Positions 14,881-28,099 of a stretch of 64,000 nucleotides of DNA are shown piece by piece. The stretch comes from Octopus sinensis (Eukaryota). The number at the start of each line of letters is the position of its first letter. Positions within the stretch are counted from its first letter, which is position 1. The position numbers were made by a program, and so were the translations under genes. Location: contig NC_043008.1 of the NCBI RefSeq assembly GCF_006345805.1, positions 29,946,001 through 30,010,000 of the forward strand, read 5' to 3'. The notes under the pieces are model-generated. The model was not told the origin of the DNA. It did no database searches and saw only the letters and a list, made by a program, of their open reading frames with translations.

Positions 14881-15551
14881 TTATATATATACATACACAT
14901 GCACATATATTTATATTCGTATAGGCACAAATATATATATATATTATATATATATATATATATGTTATATATATGTGTATGCGTGTGTGTTTGTGTGTGT
15001 GTGTATAATACATGTGTGTGTATTTATATGTGTGTAAGTATACATACAGTAAGTGGAATTTTTTCAAAATTTAGAAATTTAGAGCTAAAATATAACAGCC
15101 ATGTTTCCCATAAGTGACATCAATAATTTTAAAACGCTAATGGCACATTACGATCCCGACATATTTCGTTTACCCCAGAGAAAATAACCAGGATTATTAT
15201 TGTTATATGTTTTACAACTCGAAACTTCTATTCGGTGAGAATTTTTCACTATTTTAATTTACAATCACCACATCATGTATCCCGTTGCTAAGCACATTAA
15301 TCCCGCGCAAAAGTTTCCGTAAATCTTCACCAGATAGAAATGCACGTGGCACTGCAGAAGCGCAAAACTATTTAATCCCAAATATTTAACATAAATCATC
15401 TCTCATCATAAAAGCCTGTGAAAAATTGCGATGAGAGAATACTTAGATACGGTGAATACGCTTATTCACATATATTATTGCCTTGACATAGACGCTCACT
15501 CAAGCATAAACACATACACACACATGTAAGTATATACGTATGTATGTATAT

Positions 15552-15583
<32 letters not shown>

Positions 15584-15750
15584 ATATATATATATATATA
15601 TACACCGAATAATTCATGTACACATGTTATTCAAATCTAAAGTTTTAATATGTAAGGAAGAGTGCATATATAGGTGCATCTGCGCATACATTATATAAGA
15701 ATATATATCATACTTATATATGTGTATATGTGTGAGTTTTTATGTATACT

Positions 15751-15788
<38 letters not shown>

Positions 15789-18397
15789 ATATATATGTAT
15801 GTATATACATACATACATACATACATACATACATACACTCACACACACGTGTATATATATATGAGTATATGCGTGTGTAATGATGTGTATTTGCGCTGGA
15901 AAAAAAGGGTTATTTATGTAGGTATGTTCGTTGGTATGTATGAATATATATGGCATTTCGGAAAAGAATTAAATAGCATATAGGTAAATTCCGTCTGAAT
16001 TTATATATCAATTTTATGTGTATGATTGAGAGGAAAACGGATTTTCCATTACTACATAATGTGTTTCGCTCCGAAAATCAAACAGCACGGAGGAAATGTT
16101 TATATATATTGCATAGAGTTAATCGGAATTAGCTTTAAGTGTTACTCAAATATGTGCCTGTTGTTGATCTGTATTCATTTTTCTTGCAGGGAAACTGATG
16201 CCATTTATTAAACCATTTTTTTAACGTAAACCTTGTGATATTTATAACCGGAAGTTGCGTGTAAGACGGGCCAGTATTTTATACACACAGAAATAAACAC
16301 ACTTTCACGTACATAATATTTACATGCATACATCCGTACGTACATATATATATAAATATTTATTGGCTAAATAATTTGAAACTTCAAATGTGGTAATTTG
16401 AAAATTTAAATCTACATTATTATGATAAATAATATTAGTTCCAGGACTACTGTGTAACATCAACGTTAATATTTGATATTTTCTATAGGATATACAAAGC
16501 TTATTTTTTATTTGTGCGAGTGCAATTCATTGGTGAAACCCCATCTAAGTGATCCAAGGGCCTAGTATCCATTGTCACACACAAGGTGCTTGTCAATTCC
16601 TTTTTTATGTAGCATGATCATTAAAATCAATTGTGTTTCACTATTCTTATTCACGATTTTTTCCTATTTACGACATTATGCTATTCTGTGCTCTTTACTT
16701 GTAGAGCACTACCCTCAAACTTCATGTCTATATATCAACATAATGCAAAATATGTAGGCTGTTTAGAGGATTTCTCAAAAGTTCTAGGCCTTTGAAACAT
16801 TTGTGTGTTTTAAGGCTAAATAAACAGATATATGTGGCTTCTGTTTTTTAGAATGTTTTACTTCTCTTGTTTGTACGACCCAGAATATTTGCGTGTACGT
16901 ATGCATATTGGCCTGTACGTATACATGAATATATGTATATGCGCGCAAGCATATGAAGCGTTGGGAGAAGTAGTAGGGCCTCACCTTTCGTTCTAGTTCA
17001 TTGCTTCAGGGCCGTCTACTTTTTGAAGACACTAAAATACGTACAATACAAAATACCGCCTCCGATATAATTGTTTAATTCGCCTCGGAATGGAGACTGC
17101 TCAATGACCGAACCCAACAAAATTATAATAAATTTACTACATGTTTTATATGTAATGTAACGGTTGCATTTCACTGTTTGTATTTCCTTATTTACTACAT
17201 ACGTTTTGTTGTCTGAGTGTTCATAGTACATTATATTTAAAATCAATTTATATAAAATATTTAGATTTTTTTCCTACAACGTACATTAAAATGTTTTCAC
17301 TGTTTTGTTCCTCTCACTAAAGCATTATTTGTCGGCATATCTCACAGATTGACACGCTGTGCCCAAATGGAAATACTTTATTTGATTCTGTTATCTGTAA
17401 TAAAACCAAATATTTCCCCCAAAGACATACCAATATAACAATACCTAGTAATAACTGCAACAGATCTAATACACATAGGATTGCATCAATAGATAAAATT
17501 GAAAATATATTCAATAATGTAAACGTAATACAATTAAGGTTATGAATGAAATGGAACAATAATCATATTGGACAAATATATACGAATAATACGTAGATAA
17601 ACACAAGCAAAGAACATAAAAGAAAGCACCTTATAAAAGCAATGTGAATTATTGGACAACATCCAAATATATTAATATGGATCTTAAATGGCAGAATCGT
17701 TCATTGTTTCATGTCCCTCGTCAGAATGGCCTTACGACCAGAGAAATAAAGCTTAACAAAGCACATTGCCATTAATTGATTTATGTGAAATATAACCTCA
17801 TACCAATTGATGAGAATAAAACATATATTACGAAATATTTATTTGCTCGTATTAATATCTGTCATTATAAACAGAACCGATGTAATTGCAAAATATGTTA
17901 TTCGAATATTTAACATGTAAAGGTATGGGATGTGGTCGTTGGCGCATAGATTTCAAAGAATTGTATGATATTTCTCGAAAACTTGCTCAAAGAACTGTTT
18001 AAGTCTATGTAATGACTACGAAATATTGCATTCACTCATATGTATATAAACACTTGATAAATGTGTATATGTGACTCTCTGTATAGTGCTACATGCTACT
18101 ATCATCTAGTTTGTTAAAATGTGATTCAGTTAATTCATATTAGAGCTGTGATGAGAAAATGTAATTAATCATCAATTCGGCTCCAGAAATGCAATATTAG
18201 CAAAAGCTATTCTAATTACAATTTATGCCACTCAAGTATGTTATGTCTTTTCCTATATAATGCATAAAATGTTGGTCAGCCAAAGATCTCTCGTGAGAGC
18301 TTTTCCTATTAAACGAGTAGAAGAAACCATATACATATATAGTCAAACGTGTGTGTTTGTGTGTGTATCTATATACATATAAATTATATTCTCATAT

Positions 18398-18486
<89 letters not shown>

Positions 18487-18850
18487 ATATATATATATCG
18501 AAATAGTGCTAAGCTGTGTTCAGACATAAGCAGAATTTCGGTTAGTTGAAATAATTACTTTTGTGAGATATTTCATCTGCTAAAACGTAAACGCACTAGA
18601 GTTACCACGGAGAATATATCTCCCTTACGGTAAAAAGGTGTGAAAACTTTCGCTTCGTTCAGCGTTACCATCTGTTAGGCGGCCTAGACATCGATGTTTC
18701 AATCTTCTTGGTTCATCTCAATGAGATGTACCTAAGAGTTGCCACTTTGAACTTGAAATATGTCTGTAGCACTCCCTTTAGGAGTGGAAATATGCCAGAA
18801 GCATATTTCAACTAACATTAATTCTGCATACATAAATGTATGTGTGTGTG

Positions 18851-19680
18851 TAGGTGTTCTGATCAATAAGAATTCGGACTGTTGCTAAAGCACGCCAATT
18901 GAAACCACTTAGCATAGATTTAACCTGAACCCTGTTGTGCATACGTTGTAAGTTTCAATAGTCTGGCTCACTTCTGCAATTTACAGAAATGCTTGAAAGG
19001 AAGGTGTGTAGTGTTTGATCGTCGATTTGACCATGACAGAGAATGTTGAGCAGAGAATTGGCATAAATTTTGCCAAAATCTTGGTGATACCTGCTCAGAG
19101 GCCTACACAAAGTTTTCAGAGTTTTCATCGTTCTCAAAACAATGAAGGAGATCTTGTGCAACTGAAACGCGAGTGTCTTTTTAGTCACCTGAAAGCAGTT
19201 TTGGCACAAAGTTGGCAGACACATATCTCATATCCAAATCTTCAGTGATAATGGGCTGAACTGAACCGTAACTAATCTGTACATCCTCTGATAACTCACG
19301 GATGGTGATTCGACGATATCTTCTCATATCTCAACGCATATCTGCGATGTTTGTCTCACTTCTGCTGGTTACGTGTCTCCTAGAACATTTGGCAATATCG
19401 ACATTTTTCGGCCATCTTGGAAACGTCTGAACCACTCATATACATGTGTACGGCTAATACACTCCTCACAATTTCTGCATCATTGTGCTGGCCTCTGAAC
19501 AGGTATCGCCACGTAAACATTCTCTGTCATGGTCAATGAGACGGTCACACGCTACATACTTTCCTTCCAAGTACTGCTGTAAACAGCGGAAGTGAGCTAG
19601 GGCGTTTAAACTTAGCGCTTATGCACAGCAAAGCTCAAGGTCAATCTTTACCGAGCGGCTTTACTCTACGTGCTCTACAC
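18851..19680. mobile_element. Mariner remnants: two 5' halves in opposite orientation joined tail-to-tail
   Basis: Plus: MTENVEQRIGI.. (frameshifted ..CQNLGDTCSEAYTK). Minus: SRTHVYEWFRRFQDGRK..RITIRELSEDVQISYGSVQPIITEDLDMRYVSANFVPKLLSGD*KDTRVSVAQDLLHCFENDEN (mariner HTH and WVP-like linker). Both carry TTGACCATGACAGAGAATGTT. Confidence 0.85.
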
Positions 19681-19716
19681 ACATATATACATACATACAT
19701 ACACACACACACACAT

Positions 19717-19792
<76 letters not shown>

Positions 19793-19960
19793 TATATATA
19801 CACACACATATATGATGTACTATTCCGGGAAGGAATATTTACATAAGTGTAACTGGTAACTTGCAAGATCCTTATAACAATTGTATTTGAAATTGCACAA
19901 GACGTTTACTTACGATTACTTACTGAGCAAACAAACTGTTATCTAAATTGGTTTCTTTAG

Positions 19961-20013
19961 CTCTTTGACACTGAAACAGATGCTGTTGATGTATTGTTTT
20001 TGATATTCCAATG
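19961..20013 (+). CDS. Candidate coding exon, unverified
   Basis: Acceptor TGGTTTCTTTAG and consensus donor ATG/GTAAGT bound 53 nt with a single open frame: LFDTETDAVDVLFLIFQ. Product not recognised. Confidence 0.25.
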
Positions 20014-20971
20014 GTAAGTGTTCACATTTGCTGTGAAGTATCGTAATGGCTTCAGTTGGAATTTAGTATTTTATTAGCAATTTATCTAGAGCTAAATATA
20101 ATATTCCTCCAACTCTCATAAATTTGGTACACACATAGCCTTCACACGCTTATATAATTACACTGCATGAAATTATAATTGTCTACTATTTAATATGTAT
20201 ACCATTTATTAATAACCTTATAGCTTATTAGATATGAGTAAGCCTGTATATACTAGCTCGGTTGTTGTTTTAGTAATTACCGGTTTTTCTACACATAGGG
20301 AACAATTAAAATACAGTTAAATACAGTTGAGGAAGTAATTATATCAAGAAACCTTTCGTAATGAAGTGGCTTGAGTTTACTAAAACTGCGTAACTTTGGA
20401 GTCATTTGACGAGCATCAATTACTGTGTAACAACGCATTTGACTGGTAAGAGATATTGACGTGAGATATAATTTCGCTCAGCAAATAATCAGTTTAAAAG
20501 ACATTGACTTAGAGAAAGTTTAAGTTTTTGTTTATTTGAAGATAACTTAGAGATTAATTTACTGGCAGGAATATTGTAAAAGTATTCTATAAGCTATCAC
20601 CGAATAAAATAAAATATCGGCACAGCTGCGATATTCTGCTACAATACAATATCAGCTAGTAGATATAAGCATGAGATTAAGTGTATTCGAAATTCCCGTC
20701 CAACAACAAATGAGAACTATGTAGACAAATATCTACTTCTCAAATATAAATCTAACATTCATAAACATCTTTTAGATAATATTAATTTTGACATTCACAA
20801 GCATAAGGTTTAAAACGTTCACCTTGATGAGACACCATGCAGTTATACGCAGACGCATGGACACACGCCCATACATACACATCGTATATATATATATATA
20901 TACATGTTTGTGTGTTCGTGCGTTTTTATGCATTTATATATGCAAATAGATAGATAGATAGATAGATAGAC

Positions 20972-21051
<80 letters not shown>

Positions 21052-21367
21052 TGATAGATAGATAGAGAAAGAGTTAGAGAGTTAAACGCATGCTTTGAAA
21101 TAGTCATCAGAGACATTGACACGACATGTAGCGTTGACATAGATGGCGAGATACTAACGCACTCATTCGCTGCTGGTTTCATAATCATCGCCGAAATCAC
21201 AGATCAACGATAAGCTATGCGAATGCGAATAGGAAAGAACCTCAATTGCCCACAAAAGATTCACGACAGGTAGATTATATTGTAAGCGCAAACAAGACAC
21301 ATTTGGACGGGCATAGTGGTATATAACACTTTTCCACAATCTGATTTCCACGGGTTAAATATACATA

Positions 21368-21403
<36 letters not shown>

Positions 21404-21479
21404 TGCGTGAGTGAGTGAGTGAGAGCGTGAGTGTTGTGCTGTGTGAGTGTGAAATGCGTCAATATTTTATGAGTGTCTT

Positions 21480-22935
21480 TATTTCCTCTCTTGGAAACCT
21501 GCTTCTGTTCGTGCTTGTGAGTTTCGTAGGAGCGTGTTATGAGCACGTATAAGTGACAATTTTCTCAAAGCGCTGTCGTGTTGTTCCAATGTTAGAGAAA
21601 CTGTGAAAAAGAACTAGTCTATAAGTGACTGATCTTTCTAATAGCTCCCTATTCTGCTCTGTGGAAATTTATGATGTCGAACATGTGCTGATTCGATTCA
21701 GATATGCTGGAAACAAAGGTTGCAGAGAACCATGTCGTTGTCCTAGGAAGATATTGCCAACAGAAATGCTATGGATGGAACTAGAGCGTTTTTAAATATC
21801 AGAATCATATCGTTTTATTCTGTCTTGCTGATTCAAGAACTAGATGGGTTAGGAAAAATGTATATATTAAATTAGATAGTAATTCTGCCGCTACTACGTC
21901 TCGTATAGTCCTTTATGTAATCTTGCTTGCTGATACTTCAGAGTATTAGTAATCCAGTTTACAAAAGGAAGGTTAAAATCTCCCACCATCAATATATTCC
22001 TGGCATTGTACTAGATTTGTTGAGGCAGTCTTTACAAAAGTGTGTAGAGATTGACAATGGCTCTATTATTAAACTTGTTGCATAACGATATGGGTTCACA
22101 GTAACCATTGGAAAATATGTCCTTCGCATTCATGGCAAAGAATCATCTAGGAAAATTACTTCACTACCTTTATTTTAGCCAGTGATTATTGCGTACTTTT
22201 CTTTTACCTTCACATGCAGGGATGATTGTGTGCTTTTCTTTTACATTGATATCCATGTGAGTGTTGTTTAGGTCTGGTTCCGTTAGGATAAAGAAAGGAA
22301 TATAGGGTGTTATTTCTGCAAGCCAACTGTCTATAAATGGTATATTCCATTTTAGGGTATTGAGTGATGAGTTCAGACCACGTGCATTTAGTAGGAATAT
22401 TGAAAGGTAGGTAATTTTTGGTTGTATCGTTCTACATGCTTTGTTTATATTTTCTTCTTCAATGGCATTCACCGAGGATAGTTTCTGTACACAGCTGTAT
22501 GTCAGTAGTGTTGCTCTCGTTGATGGTGTGTGAATGTTGCTTTAGTTTTGGGAAATATCTGTTGACAGCTCGGTATATCTCCAGGCTTAGGTCGGCCTTC
22601 ATAAATTCTAGATGAGTCAGTAAAAAAGCTTCCTCGCTGGTTAGTCACTTGCGCAGGTAATATGTTGTGCTTGATTATTTCCTTTGATGTTATGGTTTTC
22701 CCATAGTTCTTTCTGTTTGATGGGATTGATCGTTGGGCAGTGTAAGGAGGTATAATGCAGTTTCAATTTGTTTTTGTTGTACTGTTATCAGTTATTTTTC
22801 ATTTGTTTGAGCCTTTCAAATTTCGAACAGTATTCATGGTGAAGGTGGAGACACACTTTACCCGTTATACCATATGACCAAGTCTACAGCATAAAGGAAG
22901 ATAGAAGAAAGGGCAGCGTTGCTTGTTGTTGCGGC
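21480..22935 (-). mobile_element. APE-type LINE (CR1/L2/Jockey-like) remnant: ORF1 end plus ORF2 endonuclease
   Basis: Minus strand gives LSIFLLNARGLNSS..FILTEPDL (ORF 22170-22472) and LMVGDFNLPFVNW near 21972-21983, the N-x-x-G, TE and GDFN motifs of AP-like endonucleases. A Cys/His-rich stretch lies upstream at ~22850-22920. Confidence 0.75.
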
Positions 22936-22960
22936 CGCTGGAGCCAGATTTACAAATACT

Positions 22961-23364
22961 GGATCTTTTCGGTTTGACCGGCAGTTTTTAAAAGAATTTC
23001 CACGTAACTAAACACTTTAAAACTTCGTATACTGGTAGAATGTGTTTATAAAACATCTTTTTCTCTTAGCTTTATTGAGAAAATTCTATAGTTTGTAAGA
23101 TATTTGTTGCTTTTTTTCTTCAATTTCTGCAATTTCAACCAATCAATGACGTCTATTGAGGTGAAAACATTATGTGCCGTATGAATATGTTCCTCGTTTA
23201 AAAAATAGATTGGGTTTATTTACATTTCTGAAGAAAAAAAAGATACCCTCCCCCATAACCTAAAACAGATTGAAATGCAATAGATCGATACCAGGGTCAT
23301 AATTATCGGTGACAATTTCATATGACACCGCTAGAAAAAACTGCCGTTCAAACCGAAAAGATCC
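22961..23364. mobile_element. MITE with 28-bp terminal inverted repeats
   Basis: GGATCTTTTCGGTTTGACCGGCAGTTTT (22961-22988) vs AAAACTGCCGTTCAAACCGAAAAGATCC (23337-23364): one mismatch; non-coding interior. Confidence 0.9.
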
Positions 23365-23369
23365 CAAAT

Positions 23370-24400
23370 ACCTTGAGAATGATACCGGCAAGTTTCTTGA
23401 AGGGAAAGAGGTTTATCTACATTGGTATGTAATGTGGCGAGAGAATCGTTGGTCAATGTTCTTAATGTAGTAGCAGTTGGGTTCAATCGGGCTGGAATCG
23501 TTGGAAACGAAAGGGCTTGTGTAGCAGCAGGGACTGTAACATGAAAGTGATCCGGAAAAAAAGAGGTGAGTTGGGCAGGAGAATATATATGGACAAGGAT
23601 TCTTCGTAGTCTAAGGGTCATTTAAATGAAGGAATGAGAGGGAGATGGAAGAAAATAAAGTAGAGCGAGTGAGAGGAAGTGCAGGAATGTGAAGGGGGAG
23701 TAGGGAAGAAAAGGAATGGGTCTTATTAAGGAGTGATTGCTGATGAGGGTTGAGGTGGAAAGTGAATGCAATTTGCATGATATAAATGTAAAAGTATACG
23801 GTTCAGCTGGCAGATGCAGTAGATGATAGTGTGAGTTGGAAAGGAGGAGAGGCTTTTGAGAACGTGAGGGATGAAAGAGCGCATTTGGGAATGTGTGGAA
23901 CAGTGGCCTGCATAAACTATTAATAGGAGCGGAAGAAGATGGATTTAACAGAGATAAGATTAATAGGTGACGTGAAAGTAGAGTCATGAAACATGTGAAA
24001 TTAGGTGGAGACGGAGGCAACGGATAACAAAAGCGACGTGGCTGGTGTAACAAAGTTTGAAGAAGTGGAAATGTGAAACCGGCGGATAGAAGTTAAAAGA
24101 CGTTTTGCGGCAAGTATATATTGGGTGCTGAAGAAAATACAGGGGTAAGTCAGGTTAGAGGGAAGAATGGTGGAGAAGTAGTTGGTCGGAAAATTAATAT
24201 GATAAGGTGAAAGAAATGGATGCAGAAAAAAATGCTGGAGGAGAATTAGCTGGTAGAACAGGTGTGACTAGGAGAAAGATAAAAAGAGAGATGACAAAAG
24301 GAAAACATAAATATATAAAACATAACAAGAGGTGAAATGAGAGAAGACGAACAGAAAAATGAGAAACAGGTGAGGAGGTTACGGAAGATTAAGTAAAAAC
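23370..24400 (-). mobile_element. Probable Penelope-like element remnant (N-terminal part of ORF)
   Basis: Minus frames give HVAFVIRCLRLHLIS and QALSFPTIP, resembling the HxxFxxxCLxxxLIP and KGLxFxP motifs of PLE N-termini (recalled). No RT or GIY-YIG retained. Confidence 0.5.
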
Positions 24401-24930
24401 ATATGTAAATTAATTAAGAGAATAATCTAATATACAGCCCTGAGTTGGATTTCCGATGTCAAACTTTGAGAACGTCTGCATATGTGTTAAGTGTATGGTG
24501 TAAACACAGTGAACAATATGTAAAATATAACGCACGAGGTTGGAATTCTAACAAATAAGATATTAGCTTAACACCTGCTCTCTGATATATCGAATGGCAT
24601 GGAAAACACAAACACCCACACACATAGATGTGTGTATATATATAGTAATGCTTTTGTACAATGTTTAGTTTCTTTAACATAAACATCCTGTTTTAAATAC
24701 ATCTTCACACTGTTCTCCTCATTCTATCGAACGGTCTTGCCGCTACAGTTGAAAAGTACGCGAAATAAGGTACTTAAGCATGAAGGAAAGAAAGCGAAAT
24801 CCTACTAATAAAAAAATGAACAGTTCGCATGACTTATTGCTGTTCAATTACTTGTCACAATATTCCACCTTGGAAGGTATTACTGTTCGTTTCCACAAAT
24901 GAAGTCATAATTAATGGAGACGTAAAATAG

Positions 24931-25192
24931 GTCTTTTTTGCCGAACCGCTAGGTTACGGCGACGTAAACACACCACCATCGGTTGTCAAGTGATGTTGGT
25001 GGAGGGGCAAACACAGATACACAAACACACAAACACATATCTACGACGGGCTTCTTTCAGTTTTCGTCTACCAAATCCTCTCACGAGGCTTTGGTCGGCC
25101 CGAGACTATAGTAGAAGGCATTTGACCAAGTTGTCACACAGTGGGACTGAACCAGGATTCATGTGGTTGGTAAGCAAGCCACTCTTGCATCT
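24931..25192 (-). mobile_element. SINE family A copy (left arm of local inverted duplication)
   Basis: Matches family A head and centre; about 11 substitutions in ~295 nt relative to the reverse complement of 26413-26706. Confidence 0.9.
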
Positions 25193-25264
25193 ATAAATTA
25201 ATGAGGGTGTGGCATATTTATGCATATATATATTGGTGTATATATATATATATATAATATATAT

Positions 25265-25360
<96 letters not shown>

Positions 25361-25361
<1 letters not shown>

Positions 25362-26175
25362 ACAGGGTGCGGTAAATAAACTGTTGTCTAAATTACGCAA
25401 AAATAGAAATAACACTGACATCTCATTTTAACAGATATATTTACCAGAATTACATTTAAAAAATCCTCAAATACTAAAGATTAAATTAACTCAATACAAT
25501 CACCATTGGCTTCAAACACGGCCTGCAGACGACTTCGGAATGTTCTACAAATCTTCTGGACGATCACCTTATTTAAGTTGGTGAATGCTGCCATAATCCT
25601 TGCCTACAGTCCATCTTTTGTTTTACAAGGACCTTAGTTGGTCTGTCGTTCAGCTGCGCGCGCACAGATAGTAATCGAGGGGTTTACAGTCTGGGGAATT
25701 AAGTGGCCAGATGTTAGGGGTGATGTGGTCGCAGAAATTATCTGACAGCCATGTCTCCTGTTCTCCTGCTTGTGTGGCATTGCGCTGAGTCCTGTTGCCA
25801 GACATAGGGTCTGCTATCCTCCTGACCCTGGCAGCATTACTTTCTCCATCCACGATGACGATGATTGGGGACATAATGTCGCTATCACTAGTTTCCACTA
25901 CAAAACACTATTATGTTGATTGGATGTTTGATTTTTATCACTGGGTACATGTCCTCAGGTTGACACACAAACACTCTGAAATGTTCGTATTGGAGCTTCT
26001 GTTGCGAAATTTGAGCAGTACAGCATGTCGCTCGAAAATTGCGTGATGTTGCTGTTTTTCTCACAGACGAGGCCAGACTGACCCTACTATACTGTGGAGT
26101 CGACAAAATAGAAAAACAAAGTACATGCGCGAAATTAAAAATATAATGACGACAATTTACCCATCGCAACGTGTA
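25361..26175 (-). mobile_element. Internally deleted Tc1/mariner-superfamily transposon
   Basis: TA-flanked imperfect TIRs (TACAGGGTGCGGTAAATAAACTGTTGTC / GACGACAATTTACCCATCGCAACGTGTA). Minus ORF 25650-25898 has WLSDNFCDHITPNIWPLNSPDCKPLDYY, the WPxxSPDxxPxD third-Asp motif. Confidence 0.85.
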
Positions 26176-26190
26176 TATGTATATATATAT

Positions 26191-26388
26191 ATTAATCCAA
26201 ACAAGAGAGCATAAAAACACAACAACGCGAGGACGTGGAACAAATATAGTATTATTGGACGCTCAGGAAAGAAGGAAAGAAGAAGGGTTTAACGTTTCGA
26301 GCGGAGCTCTTCGTCGGAAACATAGGAGAAGGAAAGATCCAGAGAAGGGAAGACAGAGGAAAAAAATCACCAACGGTACACACGAGAC
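26191..26388 (-). mobile_element. ~200-bp non-autonomous PLE/retrozyme-like element with hammerhead-like motif
   Basis: Minus strand GTTT CCGACGA A GAGC TCC GCTC GAAA C GT T AAAC; element ends in (TA)n. Confidence 0.7.
26287..26321 (-). ncRNA. Minimal type-I hammerhead ribozyme-like motif (U4C core variant)
   Basis: Stem I GUUU/AAAC, core CCGACGA plus extra A, stem II GAGC/GCUC, GAAA, palindromic ACGU stem III, putative GUU site. Activity untested. Confidence 0.55.
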
Positions 26389-26450
26389 AAACACACACAT
26401 ATATATATATATATATATGTATAAATATGCTACACCCTCATTAACTTATA

Positions 26451-26795
26451 GGTGCAAGAGTGGTTTGCTTACCAACCACATGAATCCTGGTTCAGTCCCA
26501 CTGTGTGACAACTTGGTCAAATGCCTTCTACTATAGTCTCGGACTGACCAAAGCCTTGTGAGAGGATTTGGTAGACGAAAACTGAAAGAAGCCTGTCGTA
26601 GATATGTGTTTGTGTGTTTGTGTATCTGTGTTTGCCCCTCCACCAACATCACTTGACAACCGATGGTGGTGTGTTTACGTCACCGTAACTTAGCGGTTCG
26701 GCAAAAGAGAACTATAGAATAAGTACTAGGCTTACAAAGAATAAGACTTGCGGTCAATTTGCTCGACCAAATGTGGTACTCCAGCATGGCCGCTG
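26451..26795 (+). mobile_element. SINE family A copy (right arm of local inverted duplication)
   Basis: GGTTCAGTCCC box B, central domain and 3' CTCCAGCATGGCCGC. Confidence 0.9.
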
Positions 26796-27378
26796 AGAAA
26801 AATAGAATTTAGTGTGCAAAGAAGTGTAGTATATGCTGCAATTCTTAGCTGGCAATGCTAAAATAATTATCGACTGAACCTGAAATTTTCGGTCAAAACT
26901 TAATATCAATGTCTTATAATAATTTTAGCGAACATAGTAGTATACTTAAACATTTTTTTCAAACATATCGTCGGCTGTAGTGTTTTCTTCTTTCACTTCA
27001 TTTACCCTAGGAAATTTTCTCCCACATCATCAATCACCATTCGCCATGGACATCACGTCTTCAATTAACCATTATTAACATATAAGATATCTTCTAGTGC
27101 GTTACGCGACAGGACTCACACACGCACACATACACACACACACATACATTAACATACTACGCGCGCGCGCACACACACATACATACTTAAACACATATAT
27201 TGTAAATCATTGCAAACCATCATATCTATTATGTCACCTCTGGTCTCTGTCAATCACCGAATGTTTCGAATTTCAACTACAGATAGCGCTTGCAGTAAAC
27301 ACGGACACAGTATACTGAGTAATATATTGAGACGAGATGTGTAACAACGATCATTTTGCAGTCAAATTATTTATTATA

Positions 27379-27418
<40 letters not shown>

Positions 27419-27704
27419 GAGAGTGGGAGAGAGAGAGAGATACATACATACATACATACATACATACATACATACGTATATATATATATATATATATATT
27501 TCTATGTATGCATGTATGTACATACGAGAAAATGTCCATTCCCTCCTCACTCAGTCACATTTATGTTTCTAATCTATAGTGAGTATTTGATGACGTTGAT
27601 GAATAATGATTAATGATGATTTGTAAGATACATCAAAATTTATACAGAATGTTAAATAATTAAATAAGCAAGCATATGAAATAAATGATATACGCTAATA
27701 TCAA

Positions 27705-27706
27705 GA

Positions 27707-27745
<39 letters not shown>

Positions 27746-27920
27746 AACTACTACTACTACTACTACTACCTCCACCTCCACCACCACCACCGACACCACC
27801 ACCATCATTGCTGGTGCTACTATTCCTACAACTTCTATGACTACTATTACTAAAATTATAATAATAATGATAATAGTAATATGAGCATGATGATGCGGGG
27901 GATGAGGAGGAGGAGGAAGA
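27705..27920. repeat. Compound (CTA)n/(CCA)n/(GAG)n low-complexity tract
   Basis: Direct reading. Confidence 0.9.
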
Positions 27921-28099
27921 GATAGTGTCTTCCTTTATTAAGTACCAAATGTTCACAAACAGATCGAGTAAGGCACAATATGATACGTTGTGGGGGTTAA
28001 AAGACACGATTTGGGGTTTATAAGATGGTGTAAAAGAGTAAAATAAGAAAACAAACTAAGAAATAAAAGTTCAAACAAGAGAATTCTCCAATATGTAGA

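Noticed and set aside
16985-17031. Minus-strand segment with strong splice sites (TATTTTAG..AAG/GTGAGG)
   Set aside because: Stops in all three frames; could be a UTR or non-coding exon but has no support.
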